Assembly: GCA_965261595.1 (NCBI GenBank)
Contig: CBDHDG010000005.1
Location: 672,001-736,000 of the forward strand
Direction: 5' to 3'
DNA: 64,000 nucleotides
Origin: a bacterium
Lineage (GTDB): Bacteria > UBA8248 > JACPRG01 > G963555815
Positions 30,675-40,548 of the stretch are shown here, one piece after another. The notes under the pieces are model-generated. The model made no database searches. It saw only the letters and a program-made list of their open reading frames with translations, and was not told the DNA's origin. Within the stretch, counting starts at the first letter, position 1. Each line of letters begins with the position of its first letter. Both the position numbers and the translations under genes were made by a program.

Positions 30675-32079
30675 TCCCCCGCTCTAGGGTTTTGTTGGAC
30701 ACTCGATTGATCCATGATTCATGGAGAAAGGGGTGTCGCGATGAACGAACAAAAGCAAGAGGGGGCTTTGGCGGAGGGCGCCCGCAGGGCGAACGGAGCC
30801 AAGGCCCCAGGGCATCGCAGTGAGCGGGGTCGGTTCTCCTGCCAGGCGCAAGCGGGAGGCGGTCCTGCGTCTTTTGCGGGGCGAGAGCCTGGAGACGCTC
30901 TGCCGCGAGTTGGGCACGACAGCGGCTCGGCTTTCCGCCTGGCGCGAGGCGTTCCTTCGCGGGGGCGAGGCGGCGCTCAAAGCCCGCCCGGCGGATGAGC
31001 GGGCCGAGGAGAACGCCCGGCTCAAGGCCAAGGTGGGCGAACTCACGATGGAGGGCGAGGTCCTGCGGGAGAAGATCGACCGCCTGGAGGCCGGCCGCCC
31101 TTTAGCCGGCAGGAGGTGGAGGCGATGAGTCAGGCCCGCTTCACCTCCACGGGCAGAGCCTACGGCCTGAAGCGGGTGTGCGCCCTTTGGGGCTTGGCGC
31201 GCTCCACGGTCTACGCGCAACGGCGGCGAGAGGCGGTCCCCGTTCATGAACGCCCCACGCCCAATAAGCGCGGCCCTGTGGGCCCGTGCACCGATGCGGA
31301 ACTCCTCGGCCACATCCGGCAGGTCCTGGAGGACTCTCCCTTCCATGGCGAGGGCTACCGCAAGGTGTGGGCGAGGCTGCGCTTCGCGGGCATCCGCACC
31401 AGCAAGGAGCGGGTGCGTCGCCTGATGCGGGAGGCGGGGCTTCAGGCCCCCCACCGGGTGGGCAAACCCCGAGGTCCCAAGGCCCACAACGGGACCATCC
31501 GCACCGAGCGGCCCGACCGAATGTGGGGCACGGACATGACGACGACGGTGACCACCGAGGAGGGGATGGCCTCGGTGTTCGTGGCGGTGGATCACTGCTC
31601 GGTGGACTGCGTGGGGATCCATGCGGCCAAGAGCGGCAACCGCTTCGAGGCCCTGGAGCCGATCCGGCAGGGGGTCGCCGAGCGCTTCGCCGGCTTGGAG
31701 GCGGACGTCGCCGAGGGGCTTAAAGTTCGTCACGACCACGGCCCCGCCTATCTGTCCGATGACTTTCAGCGGGAGATCGCCTACCTGGGCATGACCAGTT
31801 CGCCCAGCTTCGTGCGGGCGCCCGAGGGAAATGGCTACTGTGAGTGGTTCATCCGCATCTTGAAGGAGAATCTCCTGTGGGTGCGCTCTTTCGCCACCGT
31901 AGAGGAACTGCGGTGGGCGCTGCTTGAGTTCAAGAACCTGTACAACCATCATTGGATTCTCGAGGGCTACGGCTACCGAACGCCGGCCCAGGCAAGGCAG
32001 GAAAAACTCGCTCAAGTTGCGGAGGCCGCATGAGGTCGAATACCCTCACCCGAGTGTCCAATAACCCAGGGGCGGTCCA
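30675..32079 (+). mobile_element. IS3-family element, copy 2 (1405 bp; TSD GTTG), nested in the IS1595 cassette
   Basis: Near-identical to copy 1, including the orfA extra G. GTTG at 30671-30674 and 32080-32083. Confidence 0.92.
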
Positions 32080-32086
32080 GTTGTTC

Positions 32087-32287
32087 CTATATAACTTCAG
32101 ACACACCACGCTTGAAACCTCGTCTATGCTGAATTCGGCCTATCCATCGACGGATCGGCTTCTCCATCATTGACTGAAGAAAGGCTCCAAGAACCATGAA
32201 TTTCACAGACATCCAAATATAGGACATGCCTCTGTCCCTTTCCATAGCAGCGCCAAGACGCACCAATAGAAAATTGGGGCTTGACAT
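32087..32287 (-). CDS. Small hypothetical passenger ORF
   Basis: 66 aa. Its stop abuts the 30630-30660 terminator once IS3 copy 2 is removed. Confidence 0.3.
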   Translation of the reverse strand: MSSPNFLLVRLGAAMERDRGMSYIWMSVKFMVLGAFLQSMMEKPIRRWIGRIQHRRGFKRGVSEVI

Positions 32288-32549
32288 TTGAATTGAGAGG
32301 GAACAGACTCATGGTTGTGATGCCCTGAATCCATTCCCACCGAAAGCATGTAATACCCCCACTGGGGGCCAGTTCAATCAGTCTGTTTTCTCCTCCTCCT
32401 CGTTTGACTTCGTGTTTTTCTGAACAAAATGCGTTTCCCAGGCGGGCGCGGAGCCAGCGCCGCGTCCACCATCTCATCGAATTTCCCGTAAAGCGGGTTC
32501 TGTGGCGGGGTTTCTTCGTCTTTGTCGTCGTGCTCGGGTTCTTTCTCGT

Positions 32550-32670
32550 TCACCCGATAAGCCCCTTGTAGGTCAACCTTTTCCCGAACATCCCGGAGGC
32601 GATTCGCCCCAAGCACTCCATGGTGTCGCCTTTCATGTTATGGCGGCCCGAGAACTCGGTCAAGTCCAAC
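32550..32670 (-). pseudogene. IS1595-family transposase C-terminal remnant
   Basis: LDLTEFSGRHNMKGDTMECLGRIASGMFGKRLTYKGLIG*, immediately inside the IR. Confidence 0.75.
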
Positions 32671-33401
32671 ATTAATCCAAATATATAAGTCCCAAAGGGA
32701 ATCGTCCCCAACGCGCCGAGGATCAGGATTCCCCCGCTGATCCCCAGACACCCCTTCCGGACCTTTTTCCCGTTCGCGCCCACCCCTTTCCAGATCGCCA
32801 GGAAGAGGAGGATGGCCGCGAGACCGAAAAGACCGTTCGCGAGGAGTCGCCCCCATCCCGAGCCGGCCGGAACGATCAACGGGTGGATGTACCCGGCGAT
32901 CAGGACCTGAGCCGACAGGACGGCCAGCAGACCCGGGACGGCCCTCCCGGTATGGCGTCGAGCCCCTGGAATCCACCCCATAACGGCTACGGTCAAGGCG
33001 GTGATCGCGCCGAATGCGAGGGTGTTCAGGACCAGGGACGTCAGGAGCAGGTGAAGGACGCTCCACGCGGTAAACACCTGACCTGGGATCGCGGCCGCGA
33101 AGATGAGGACGTATGTCTCGATGACGCCGGTGAAACAGCCGGCCGCCGCACCGGCCGCAACCCATTGGATTGCCCTGTTCAAAGTTTTAACCTTTCCACC
33201 GTTGGCCGGGCCATTCAGCCCCCCCCCGCTCAAAGCCTCACACTATCTTCAGCCGCGGGCGGAACGTCAAGCCTCATTCCGGAATCTCCGCGGTGCTCGG
33301 CCTGGACGTTGGAATTTCCGTCCCCGGGTCGATTTGCTGATATCCTGGGCGGGAAGGGCTTGGCGTGTTCACCCTCCCCCCCCCTCCTTCCCCTCAAGGG
33401 A

Positions 33402-34208
33402 ATGGCGAGAATGGGAATCCTGGATTCACGATGCGCTGTGGTCACCGGCGCCGGCCGGGGAATCGGCAGGGCCGTTGTGTTGCGTCTGGCGGCCGAAGGC
33501 GCCGCCGTGGTTGTCAATGACCTGGAAGCTTCACCCGCCGAGGAGGTGGCCACGCGGATTCGGGAGGCCGGGGGGGCAGCCGTCCCCTGCGCGGGGGACG
33601 TCTCCGACCCGGAAGACGCCGGGCGAATCGTCCGGACGGCGGCCGAAGCGCACGGGAGGCTGGACATCCTGGTCAACAACGCGGGAAACCTTCGTGACTC
33701 ATTGATCCACCGGATGGATGAATCCGACTGGCGGGCGGTCCTGGATGTTCACCTGAGCGGCGCCTTTCATATGATCCGCGCGGCGGCGCCCTGGATGCGC
33801 GACGCGGCCAAAGCGGAGCTCGAACAGGGGGAAACGCACCACCGGAAGATTGTCAACCTGACCTCCGTCGTCGCCCAAATGGGAAATCCCGGCCAGGCGA
33901 ATTACGCCGCCGCCAAGGGCGGAATCATCGCCCTCACCAAAACCGTCGCGCGCGAATGGGCCCGTTTCCGGATCAACGTCAACTGCGTCGCGCCCGGCCT
34001 TATCCGGACGCGGATGACGGCGGAGAAGCAAAAAGGAGACACCCTGGGGATTCCGGCCGAGATCCTCGAAAACCTCCTGGCCGCCGTCCCGGCGGGACGC
34101 CTGGGCGAGCCCGACGAGGTGGCGGGGGCCGTGGAGTATCTTTGCGCCCCGGCCTCGGACTACGTGACGGGGATCGTTCTGGGCGTCAACGGGGGCCTCT
34201 ACATGTAA
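33402..34208 (+). CDS. SDR oxidoreductase (FabG-like)
   Basis: TGAGRGIG, NNAG, GNPGQANYAAAKGG and VNCVAPG. Confidence 0.9.
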   Translation: MARMGILDSRCAVVTGAGRGIGRAVVLRLAAEGAAVVVNDLEASPAEEVATRIREAGGAAVPCAGDVSDPEDAGRIVRTAAEAHGRLDILVNNAGNLRDSLIHRMDESDWRAVLDVHLSGAFHMIRAAAPWMRDAAKAELEQGETHHRKIVNLTSVVAQMGNPGQANYAAAKGGIIALTKTVAREWARFRINVNCVAPGLIRTRMTAEKQKGDTLGIPAEILENLLAAVPAGRLGEPDEVAGAVEYLCAPASDYVTGIVLGVNGGLYM

Positions 34209-34223
34209 TCGCCGGGAGGCAAG

Positions 34224-35015
34224 CTACAAGAGCCTCTTTCGCACCCGCCAGCTGACAAACTCGCCGACGAAGACCAAAACAATGATGGCCAGGCAAAGAA
34301 CGCCGGATTTCTGCCACTGAAACTGCTTCACATATAAAAATACGTAGAACCCGATTCCGCCCGCTCCGACCAGACCCAATATTGTGGAATCCCTCAGGTT
34401 CATCTCGAACCGGACGGCCAGATGGGTGACCATCTGTGGCAGCACCTGGGGGATGAGTCCGTGCTGGATGACCTGGAACGAGGAAGCGCCGGTTCCCTGA
34501 AGGGCGAGGAGAGGCTTGGGGTCGGTGGATTCGATTTCTTCCGCGACAAACCGCCCGAGCACGCCGATCGAGTGGACGGCGATGGCCAGGACGCCGGGAA
34601 ACGGCCCCAACCCGACGGCGGAGACGAAGAGAAGCGCCAAAAGGAGAAGCGGAATGGAGCGGATGAGCGCCATGAAGGCCTTGATGGGGAGATGGACCCA
34701 GCCCGGTGTCCAGGTGGAAGCCGCGAGGACTCCCAGCGGGTAGGCCACAACAGCGCCCAAGAAGGTTCCGGCGATGGTTGTTTGGAGGGTTTCGACAGAT
34801 GCCCGGACCAGGACGTCCCAAACCGACCAGTTCGGCGGGGCCATCCGCCCGAAGAACTTGAAGATTTGGGGAACGCCTTCCCACAACAGGCGGCCGGAGA
34901 ACTCCGAGCCCCGCAAAGACCAGAAAATCAGCACGCTAACCACCAGCCAGAGCGTAACCCTGAGCGTCGTCCGTCCATCCGGCGCCCATCCGGTCCGCGC
35001 GATCGAGTCGGCCAT
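34224..35015 (-). CDS. phnE: PhnE/PtxC-type ABC transporter permease
   Basis: RSIP, VGLGPFPGVLAI, FEMNLRDSTILGLVGAGGIG. Confidence 0.85.
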   Translation of the reverse strand: MADSIARTGWAPDGRTTLRVTLWLVVSVLIFWSLRGSEFSGRLLWEGVPQIFKFFGRMAPPNWSVWDVLVRASVETLQTTIAGTFLGAVVAYPLGVLAASTWTPGWVHLPIKAFMALIRSIPLLLLALLFVSAVGLGPFPGVLAIAVHSIGVLGRFVAEEIESTDPKPLLALQGTGASSFQVIQHGLIPQVLPQMVTHLAVRFEMNLRDSTILGLVGAGGIGFYVFLYVKQFQWQKSGVLCLAIIVLVFVGEFVSWRVRKRLL

Positions 35016-35784
35016 TTCCCTCCCCCCGGGACCAACCCCGGCCATAGATCTCTTGTATTTTTTCCGTGGACAACTCGTTCGGCGGGCCGTCCCAGATCAC
35101 CTTCCCCCCGTCCATCGCAATGATACGCCCGGCGAACCGTTTGGCCAATGCCGGATGGTGGAGGCTCATGAGGAGCGTCAATGGGTGCTGATCGTCGATG
35201 GACACCAAGAGCCTCAGGATGTCCTCCGCCAATGCCGGATCAAGGCTCGACACGGGCTCATCCGCCAACAGGATGGTCGGGTCCTGGGCCATGGCTCGGG
35301 CGATGGCCACCCGCTGTTGTTCTCCCCCGGACAGCGTCCGGGCCTGCCGGCCGTTCTTCCCCTCCAGATGGACTTCCTGGATGACGTGGTCGCAAATCCG
35401 GCGATCGCCGTCCGCCGGAACCCCGAACGCGCTTCGCAGGGGGGAGGTGTGCGCAAGCCGCCCATGATAAACGTTCTGCCAGACCGTCTCTCTTCCAATC
35501 AGATCAAACTGCTGGTGAATCATCCCAATCCGCCGGTGGAAAATCCGCTTCCTTTTCCGGTCGCGGATCGGCAGGGTCTCCCCCAGCACTTGAAGATCCC
35601 CCCGGGCTGGCGTGATGTAGCCTTTGATCATCCGAAGAAGGGTCGTTTTTCCCGCGCCGCTGTTTCCGATGAAAGCGACGCGTTCTCCCGCGTAGAGGTT
35701 CAGGCGGTCAATGGAGACGAGCGCCTTTCCGTCCGCGAGAAACTCCACCCCTTCCATTTGGATGATGGCATTGGTTTGGATCAT
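34936..35784 (-). CDS. phnC: PhnC-type ABC transporter ATPase
   Basis: GNSGAGKTT, LSGGEQQRVAIARA and LADEPVSSLDP. Confidence 0.88.
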   Translation of the reverse strand: MIQTNAIIQMEGVEFLADGKALVSIDRLNLYAGERVAFIGNSGAGKTTLLRMIKGYITPARGDLQVLGETLPIRDRKRKRIFHRRIGMIHQQFDLIGRETVWQNVYHGRLAHTSPLRSAFGVPADGDRRICDHVIQEVHLEGKNGRQARTLSGGEQQRVAIARAMAQDPTILLADEPVSSLDPALAEDILRLLVSIDDQHPLTLLMSLHHPALAKRFAGRIIAMDGGKVIWDGPPNELSTEKIQEIYGRGWSRGEGNGRLDRADRMGAGWTDDAQGYALAGG

Positions 35785-36707
35785 TTCAGGAAGCCATATC
35801 TGCGCGCCATGTCCGCGACGGGCCTGAACGTGTCGTTGTTGACCTTGACGTAGCCGTCGGTTCCGTAGAGGGCCCGCACGATGAGGCGGTTCTCAGGGTT
35901 GTTGAGCTTGAGCATCGCCCGGATGAATAGGTCGCGAAGCTTGCGATTCAGGTCCCTGCGGACGACCACCACGTGGCTGGGAATGCGCTGAGATTGTCCG
36001 ATGACCGCCATGGCGCCGCGTTCTTCGACCCGAAGAAGGTTGATGGCGAACTCGCCGACGCCGGCCGCGTTGACGAAGCCGCCGAACACCGACCGGATGG
36101 CCTGCTCATCCCCCCCGGCGAAGTACACCCGCCTGAAGAATTCGCCCTCGGGTTTGTTGAGGCCCCCCTTCGCGAGGCCCGCCCGGATGAAGACGTCGTG
36201 CGGGTACATGAACCCGGAGCTGGAAATCGGATCCACGTACGCGATGGTCTTGCCCTTGAGATCGGCGAGTGTCTTGATGCCGCTGTCCTTCCGGACGAAG
36301 ATTTTCGAGTGGTAATAGTCTTTGCCGTTATAAATCTCGCCGAGAATCGCTTCCGCCCCGGTTTGCGCGTTCGCGAGGACGTAGGGCAGGGGCGACATGA
36401 AGCTGATGTCCGCTTTGCCGGCATTCAGCGCCTCGACCGCGGAAGAGTAGCTGAGGGTGATGAAATACCGGATCTTTTTCTCCATCTCCTTCTCAAGAAA
36501 CCTAATGGCCGGTTGGACGTTGTCCAAGAGCTGCTCTGGATTCTCGAACGGAATCAGGGCGATCCGAAGAGGCGCGCTCCCTTTCTCGGCCGCATCGGAG
36601 CGGGGGGCGGCTAAGGCCGCGATTCCCAGGCAGAGGAAGGTTACGGTCAAAACCCTCGCGGCCGATATCACCGCGGCGTTTGTGAAACTGCGTTCCATTG
36701 CGCTCAT
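35781..36707 (-). CDS. phnD: PhnD/PtxB-type periplasmic substrate-binding protein
   Basis: Signal peptide, LRIALIP.E, YSSAVEAL, YHSKIFV and YVDPISSSGFMYP. The start is uncertain (36773, 36707 or 36698). Confidence 0.85.
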   Translation of the reverse strand: MSAMERSFTNAAVISAARVLTVTFLCLGIAALAAPRSDAAEKGSAPLRIALIPFENPEQLLDNVQPAIRFLEKEMEKKIRYFITLSYSSAVEALNAGKADISFMSPLPYVLANAQTGAEAILGEIYNGKDYYHSKIFVRKDSGIKTLADLKGKTIAYVDPISSSGFMYPHDVFIRAGLAKGGLNKPEGEFFRRVYFAGGDEQAIRSVFGGFVNAAGVGEFAINLLRVEERGAMAVIGQSQRIPSHVVVVRRDLNRKLRDLFIRAMLKLNNPENRLIVRALYGTDGYVKVNNDTFRPVADMARRYGFLK

Positions 36708-36781
36708 TCTTTGTCTCACCTTCTCACCCGGCTCACGCGCTGCCCCGGGCGATCGTGCGGATTGAAAGGACACTCCGCGTT

Positions 36782-38743
36782 TTACTCCAGCTTGCCGCTG
36801 TTTTTCTGATAAAGCGTCCGGTAGGCCGCAATCTTTGCGTCCGTCTCATCCGCTTTTCCCGCTTTGTGCGCGGCCAAGGCCTCGCGAAGCATGGACTCCA
36901 TACGGTTCAGCGTCGGCAGAAGACCTTTGTCCCGCACATCCCATTTGTGGGCCTGGAGCTCGTCGATGACGGTTTCCAGGAGGACCGTGACGAGATGGGG
37001 CTTCTTTCGCTGTTTCAGAAACTCGTACGTCGAGAGGAAGAAGCTGAACTCCTCCAACTCGGGGGCCAATGTGTAGATGGAGGTTTCGTAAGACTCCACA
37101 CCGTCGCCGACGGCCTCGACGTAGGCGGTCAGGTCGTCCATCTCCTTCGGCGTGAGGCCGAGATTGAACTTCCCGTTGAACCATTCGTTCACGGCCCGAA
37201 GGGTCGGCAGGCTTCCGTCATGAAAATACGGCTGTGTGAACCTGGCCGAAAGAAGGGTCGGCGTATCGAACGCGCCGTCGTGCGAGTATTTGTCGAATCC
37301 CCCTTTGGCGCTGCCGATGTTGTGCTGTTTGTGGTCGAGGAACAAGGCGGAGGGGATGTGGCAGCTCGCGCAGCTCTTGCCTCCCATCATCTGCGGAAAC
37401 TTGCGATGAAAGATCTTCTTGCCCCGCATCGCCGCCGCCGAGACCCTTTTGCGGTTCAAGGTTCCATCCTGGTTCACCTTGGGATTGGGCAGGAATTCGA
37501 ACTCATTCATGTAGGCCACGATGGCGTCCACAATCATGGGATCCGGTTCGGGGCCGTTGAACTCGTTGATGATGGCGTTTCGGGTGAATTCCCGCAACGA
37601 TGGGAAACGCCCGTTCCGCGTGTAGGGCGCCGTAAAGCGGATGCCGCGCAGATCGGGAATGTCGACCGGGTCAAACACGCCGTTGTTGGCGTGAGGGGCG
37701 AAGAAGGAACTCGAGACGTCAACGCCTCCTTTGCGGCTCGAAATTCCAGGAATGAAGAAGTTCGGGTTTGTGATGCTCTTGTTGTGACAGGTGTTGCAGC
37801 TGATTCTCAGGCTTCGGGCGGGCTCCCCGAGGATCCGCGGGCTGTCGAAGGCCATGTCGCCCAGGGCAATCAGCAGTGTTTCGGATTCGTCAACCCCGCG
37901 TGCGGCCATCCCCAGAATCTGGCGGGGGCGGGGAAGCTGCTTGTTGATGTTTGCGCCGGGAGGAAGGCGCGCGGGCCGCTTCCCGGTCTTCACATACGTC
38001 GGACTGGAGACGGGCCTCGGGGCCAATCTTCGCTCCGCTCCGGCGGTGAACTTTGAAAAATTCTCCTCGAAGTATGCGGCGATGAGGGAGAGGGACGCCC
38101 GGATGCCGCTCGCGTCCATGGATCTGGCCCCCACCTTGAGAACACCCGGCGTGCCCAACCTCGAGAATGCCTCCAGCCAAGACAGCTGCATGTCTTTCCA
38201 GGCGGCGGGATCGTAGTAGGGCAGGGTGTCGGCAAACGCCTTGAAGATCTTGCGGGCCTCTCGCAGCAGAGGGTCCACCTCCCGCCGACCGGCGGCCGGT
38301 CCAATTCTTCGGATCACACGGACGAGCAGGGAAGACATCGCCCGGGTGGAAAGGGTGAAGGTTATCCGGCGGCCCTTCTCGCGGGCGGCCACCCTATCGG
38401 GCTCTTCATCATCCTTGGCGGCGGGTTCCGCGATTTTTCGGGCGTCCTCGATTTGAATACGAAATCGCTTCGCGGCGTCGGGGTCGAGCCTTTCGATGGA
38501 TTTCGCAATGACCTGCATATCACCCCAAACCTGGGACCAGATGACAGGTCTCAGGTTCAAAAGAAAGGTGGAGCGGCGGTAGGCCGCAACCGCGGGAAGA
38601 AGTTTTTCCGGCGGGACGATATCGGCCCGGGCTGGCGCCGGCCTCTGGAGTTGAAGGCCCCAGATGAACAGGCAGAGTCCGACCGCCATCGCCGTTTTCA
38701 GGCCTCGGGCCTGTCCGCGGTCCCATTGATTTCCAGTCATCAT
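36782..38743 (-). CDS. Exported di-heme cytochrome c peroxidase/MauG-like protein with a long N-terminal extension
   Basis: Signal peptide, CNTCH and CASCH heme motifs, DIPDLRG..FTAPY.R.G, and FDTPTL....T.PYFHDGS. Confidence 0.82.
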   Translation of the reverse strand: MMTGNQWDRGQARGLKTAMAVGLCLFIWGLQLQRPAPARADIVPPEKLLPAVAAYRRSTFLLNLRPVIWSQVWGDMQVIAKSIERLDPDAAKRFRIQIEDARKIAEPAAKDDEEPDRVAAREKGRRITFTLSTRAMSSLLVRVIRRIGPAAGRREVDPLLREARKIFKAFADTLPYYDPAAWKDMQLSWLEAFSRLGTPGVLKVGARSMDASGIRASLSLIAAYFEENFSKFTAGAERRLAPRPVSSPTYVKTGKRPARLPPGANINKQLPRPRQILGMAARGVDESETLLIALGDMAFDSPRILGEPARSLRISCNTCHNKSITNPNFFIPGISSRKGGVDVSSSFFAPHANNGVFDPVDIPDLRGIRFTAPYTRNGRFPSLREFTRNAIINEFNGPEPDPMIVDAIVAYMNEFEFLPNPKVNQDGTLNRKRVSAAAMRGKKIFHRKFPQMMGGKSCASCHIPSALFLDHKQHNIGSAKGGFDKYSHDGAFDTPTLLSARFTQPYFHDGSLPTLRAVNEWFNGKFNLGLTPKEMDDLTAYVEAVGDGVESYETSIYTLAPELEEFSFFLSTYEFLKQRKKPHLVTVLLETVIDELQAHKWDVRDKGLLPTLNRMESMLREALAAHKAGKADETDAKIAAYRTLYQKNSGKLE

Positions 38744-38756
38744 CCGTAGACTCCAC

Positions 38757-39410
38757 TCAATCGGGCGTCGAGACGAAAATCTCCTCGGAGACCTCGCGGC
38801 CAAGGGTGTGCTCGCTCTTTCCGACCTGAATTCGTAAGGGTCCGTTGAAGGGCAGTCTTTCCAATACGGTGATTTCAACGCCGGGCAGTAGTCCCATGGC
38901 GGACAAATACCGCAAGATTTCCGGATTTCGGTCCCGGACACGAATCACCAGAAGACTTTCGCCGGGCGCCGCTTCGAGCAGGTTTGTCCCCTCGGTCACC
39001 ATCTTCCCGTCCAGCGAGGGAATGGGATCTCCATGGGGGTCGCGCGTGGGCCGGCCGAGCTTTTCGAACAGGATGGCCTCCAGCTCTTCGGACAGGGCGT
39101 GCTCGAGCTCTTCGGCTTCCGCGTGAACCTGATCCCACGACATGCCGACGACCTCCGAGAGGTAGAGCTCGAGCAGACGGTGATGACGCAGGACCTCCAG
39201 GGCGACCTTCTCCCCCCGCCCCGTCAATGTCGCTCCCTGATAAGGGGCGTAATCCACGAGCTTCATGCCGTGGAGCTTTTTCAACATGCTGGTGACGGAG
39301 GCCGCCGAAACCTCCATGGCCTCGGCAATCAGATTGGTGGAGACCAGACCGTGCTCCTTCTGAAGGATCCAGATGGTTTTGAGATAGTTTTCCAGATATT
39401 TCGAAAGCAT
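38757..39410 (-). CDS. DtxR/MntR-family metal-dependent repressor with FeoA-like C-domain
   Basis: ENYLK.I, SVTSMLKKL, RHHRLLELYL, HAEAEELEH and DPHGDPIP. Confidence 0.92.
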   Translation of the reverse strand: MLSKYLENYLKTIWILQKEHGLVSTNLIAEAMEVSAASVTSMLKKLHGMKLVDYAPYQGATLTGRGEKVALEVLRHHRLLELYLSEVVGMSWDQVHAEAEELEHALSEELEAILFEKLGRPTRDPHGDPIPSLDGKMVTEGTNLLEAAPGESLLVIRVRDRNPEILRYLSAMGLLPGVEITVLERLPFNGPLRIQVGKSEHTLGREVSEEIFVSTPD

Positions 39411-39792
39411 GGGTTTCCGTCTAAAAAATAAATTCTTCGATGAGCCTAAAAAGTAGTTTACGCATCCTTTCTGATTTTGTCAAGTGGCTCGAACCTTAAT
39501 TTTTCACCTTTTTGAGATGGGGAAGCCGATTCCTCGGCGAATCCCATTGTGGAAAAACCGCTTGGGGGCGGAGAGGATTGCGACCCGGCCCAGTCAGGGT
39601 GTATACCAAAGAAACGATTGAGTCCGGCCCGTTGCGCTCGGGTTGCGAGTCCCCTCCGAGGAGGGGTCCGGCCCGAAGAATGGACCCGCGGGGAGGTTCC
39701 CGCCGGAGTTGGCTTGCGCGTGTTTTTCGGGGGGCCATGGCCCCCCCCCCGACCCCACCGGGAGATCGGGCAATTCTTTTTGGAGAAGAGGC

Positions 39793-40548
39793 GTGATTTT
39801 GGACGGGAAAACCGCGATGATCACCGGACCCGCATCGGGGATCGGCGCGGCGACGGCCGTTCGATTTTCCCGCGAGGGGGCCAATCTGACGCTGATGGAC
39901 CTCGATGAGGCCGGCCTCCGCCGGATAGAAGCCGAATGTCGCAAGAGCGGGGCCGGCGTCCTCTCCGTTTCAGGCGACGCCGCCGACCTCGCGGTCATGG
40001 ACGAGGCCGTTCAAAGAACGGTCGAGACCTTCGGCGGGATCGACATCCTGGTCAACAATATGGTCCACCGGGTGTACAAACCCTTTTCCGATGTGGCGCC
40101 GGAGGAATTCCGGCGGAGTCTGGAGGTCAACGTCGCCGGTTACTTTTTCCTGACCCAGAAGGTTCTCCCTCAGATGTTGCGGCGGGGCGGGGGAAGCATT
40201 GTGAACCTGTCCTCCGTCTTCGGATACGTCGGCTGCCGGGACCTTGCGCCCTATTGCATCACCAAGGGGGCCGTCGTCAACATGACCCGCGCCCTCGCGT
40301 TGGAGCTGGCGGACAACAACGTCCGCGTCAATGCCGTCGCCCCGGGACCCATCGAGACGAAGGGCTTGATGAGCGGCGCCATTTCCCGGGATCCCGCCCG
40401 GGTGGAGAAGCGCCTGGCGGAGATTCCCCTGCGCCGCATGGGGACGCCGGAAGAGGTCGCCGAGGTGTGCCTGTTCCTGGCCAGTGACGCCTCCGGCTAC
40501 ATGAACGGCCACAACCTGGTGGCCGACGGCGGGTTCATGACGCACTGA
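39793..40548 (+). CDS. SDR oxidoreductase
   Basis: TGPASGIG, YCITKG, VRVNAVAPG and DGG. GTG start after a GAGG RBS. Confidence 0.88.
   Translation: MILDGKTAMITGPASGIGAATAVRFSREGANLTLMDLDEAGLRRIEAECRKSGAGVLSVSGDAADLAVMDEAVQRTVETFGGIDILVNNMVHRVYKPFSDVAPEEFRRSLEVNVAGYFFLTQKVLPQMLRRGGGSIVNLSSVFGYVGCRDLAPYCITKGAVVNMTRALALELADNNVRVNAVAPGPIETKGLMSGAISRDPARVEKRLAEIPLRRMGTPEEVAEVCLFLASDASGYMNGHNLVADGGFMTH

Larger units (their letters stand above)
29049..32693 (-). mobile_element. Non-autonomous IS1595-family cargo cassette (MIC/tIS-like) with a nested IS3
   Basis: 23-bp IRs GGGACTTATATATTTGG(G/A)TTAAT at 29049-29071 and 32671-32693 (22/23 match). 8-bp TSD AAAGGGAA at 29041-29048 and 32694-32701. Only an IS1595-type transposase C-terminus remains (EFSGRHN...GKRLTYKGLI). 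Confidence 0.88.
27468..33233 (-). pseudogene. Membrane-anchored sulfatase-like gene, split by the 29049-32693 insertion and frameshifted near its 3' end
   Basis: The TM-rich N-part (33233-32694) joins in frame to the catalytic part (PNIILILVDTLRSDHL, WTIPS, DPHDPY, YDGEI, TSDHGE) once the insertion and one TSD copy are removed: ...GTIPFPDTAPHYADQTLRAAKP... The C-terminal motifs LFDLLKDPRENRNL and IKGLGY lie in shifted frames. Confidence 0.85.

Noticed and set aside
9635..32079. Composite transposon formed by IS3 copies 1 and 2
   Set aside because: Each copy has its own TSD (GTAG, GTTG), so they are independent insertions.
32550..33233. The 227-aa ORF as a real intact membrane protein
   Set aside because: It is a chance fusion of the sulfatase N-terminus read through the IR into the IS1595 transposase remnant.
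39415..39460. DtxR/MntR operator upstream of the regulator (TTCGATGAGCCTAAAA)
   Set aside because: Only a weak partial palindrome, not enough to call without comparative data.
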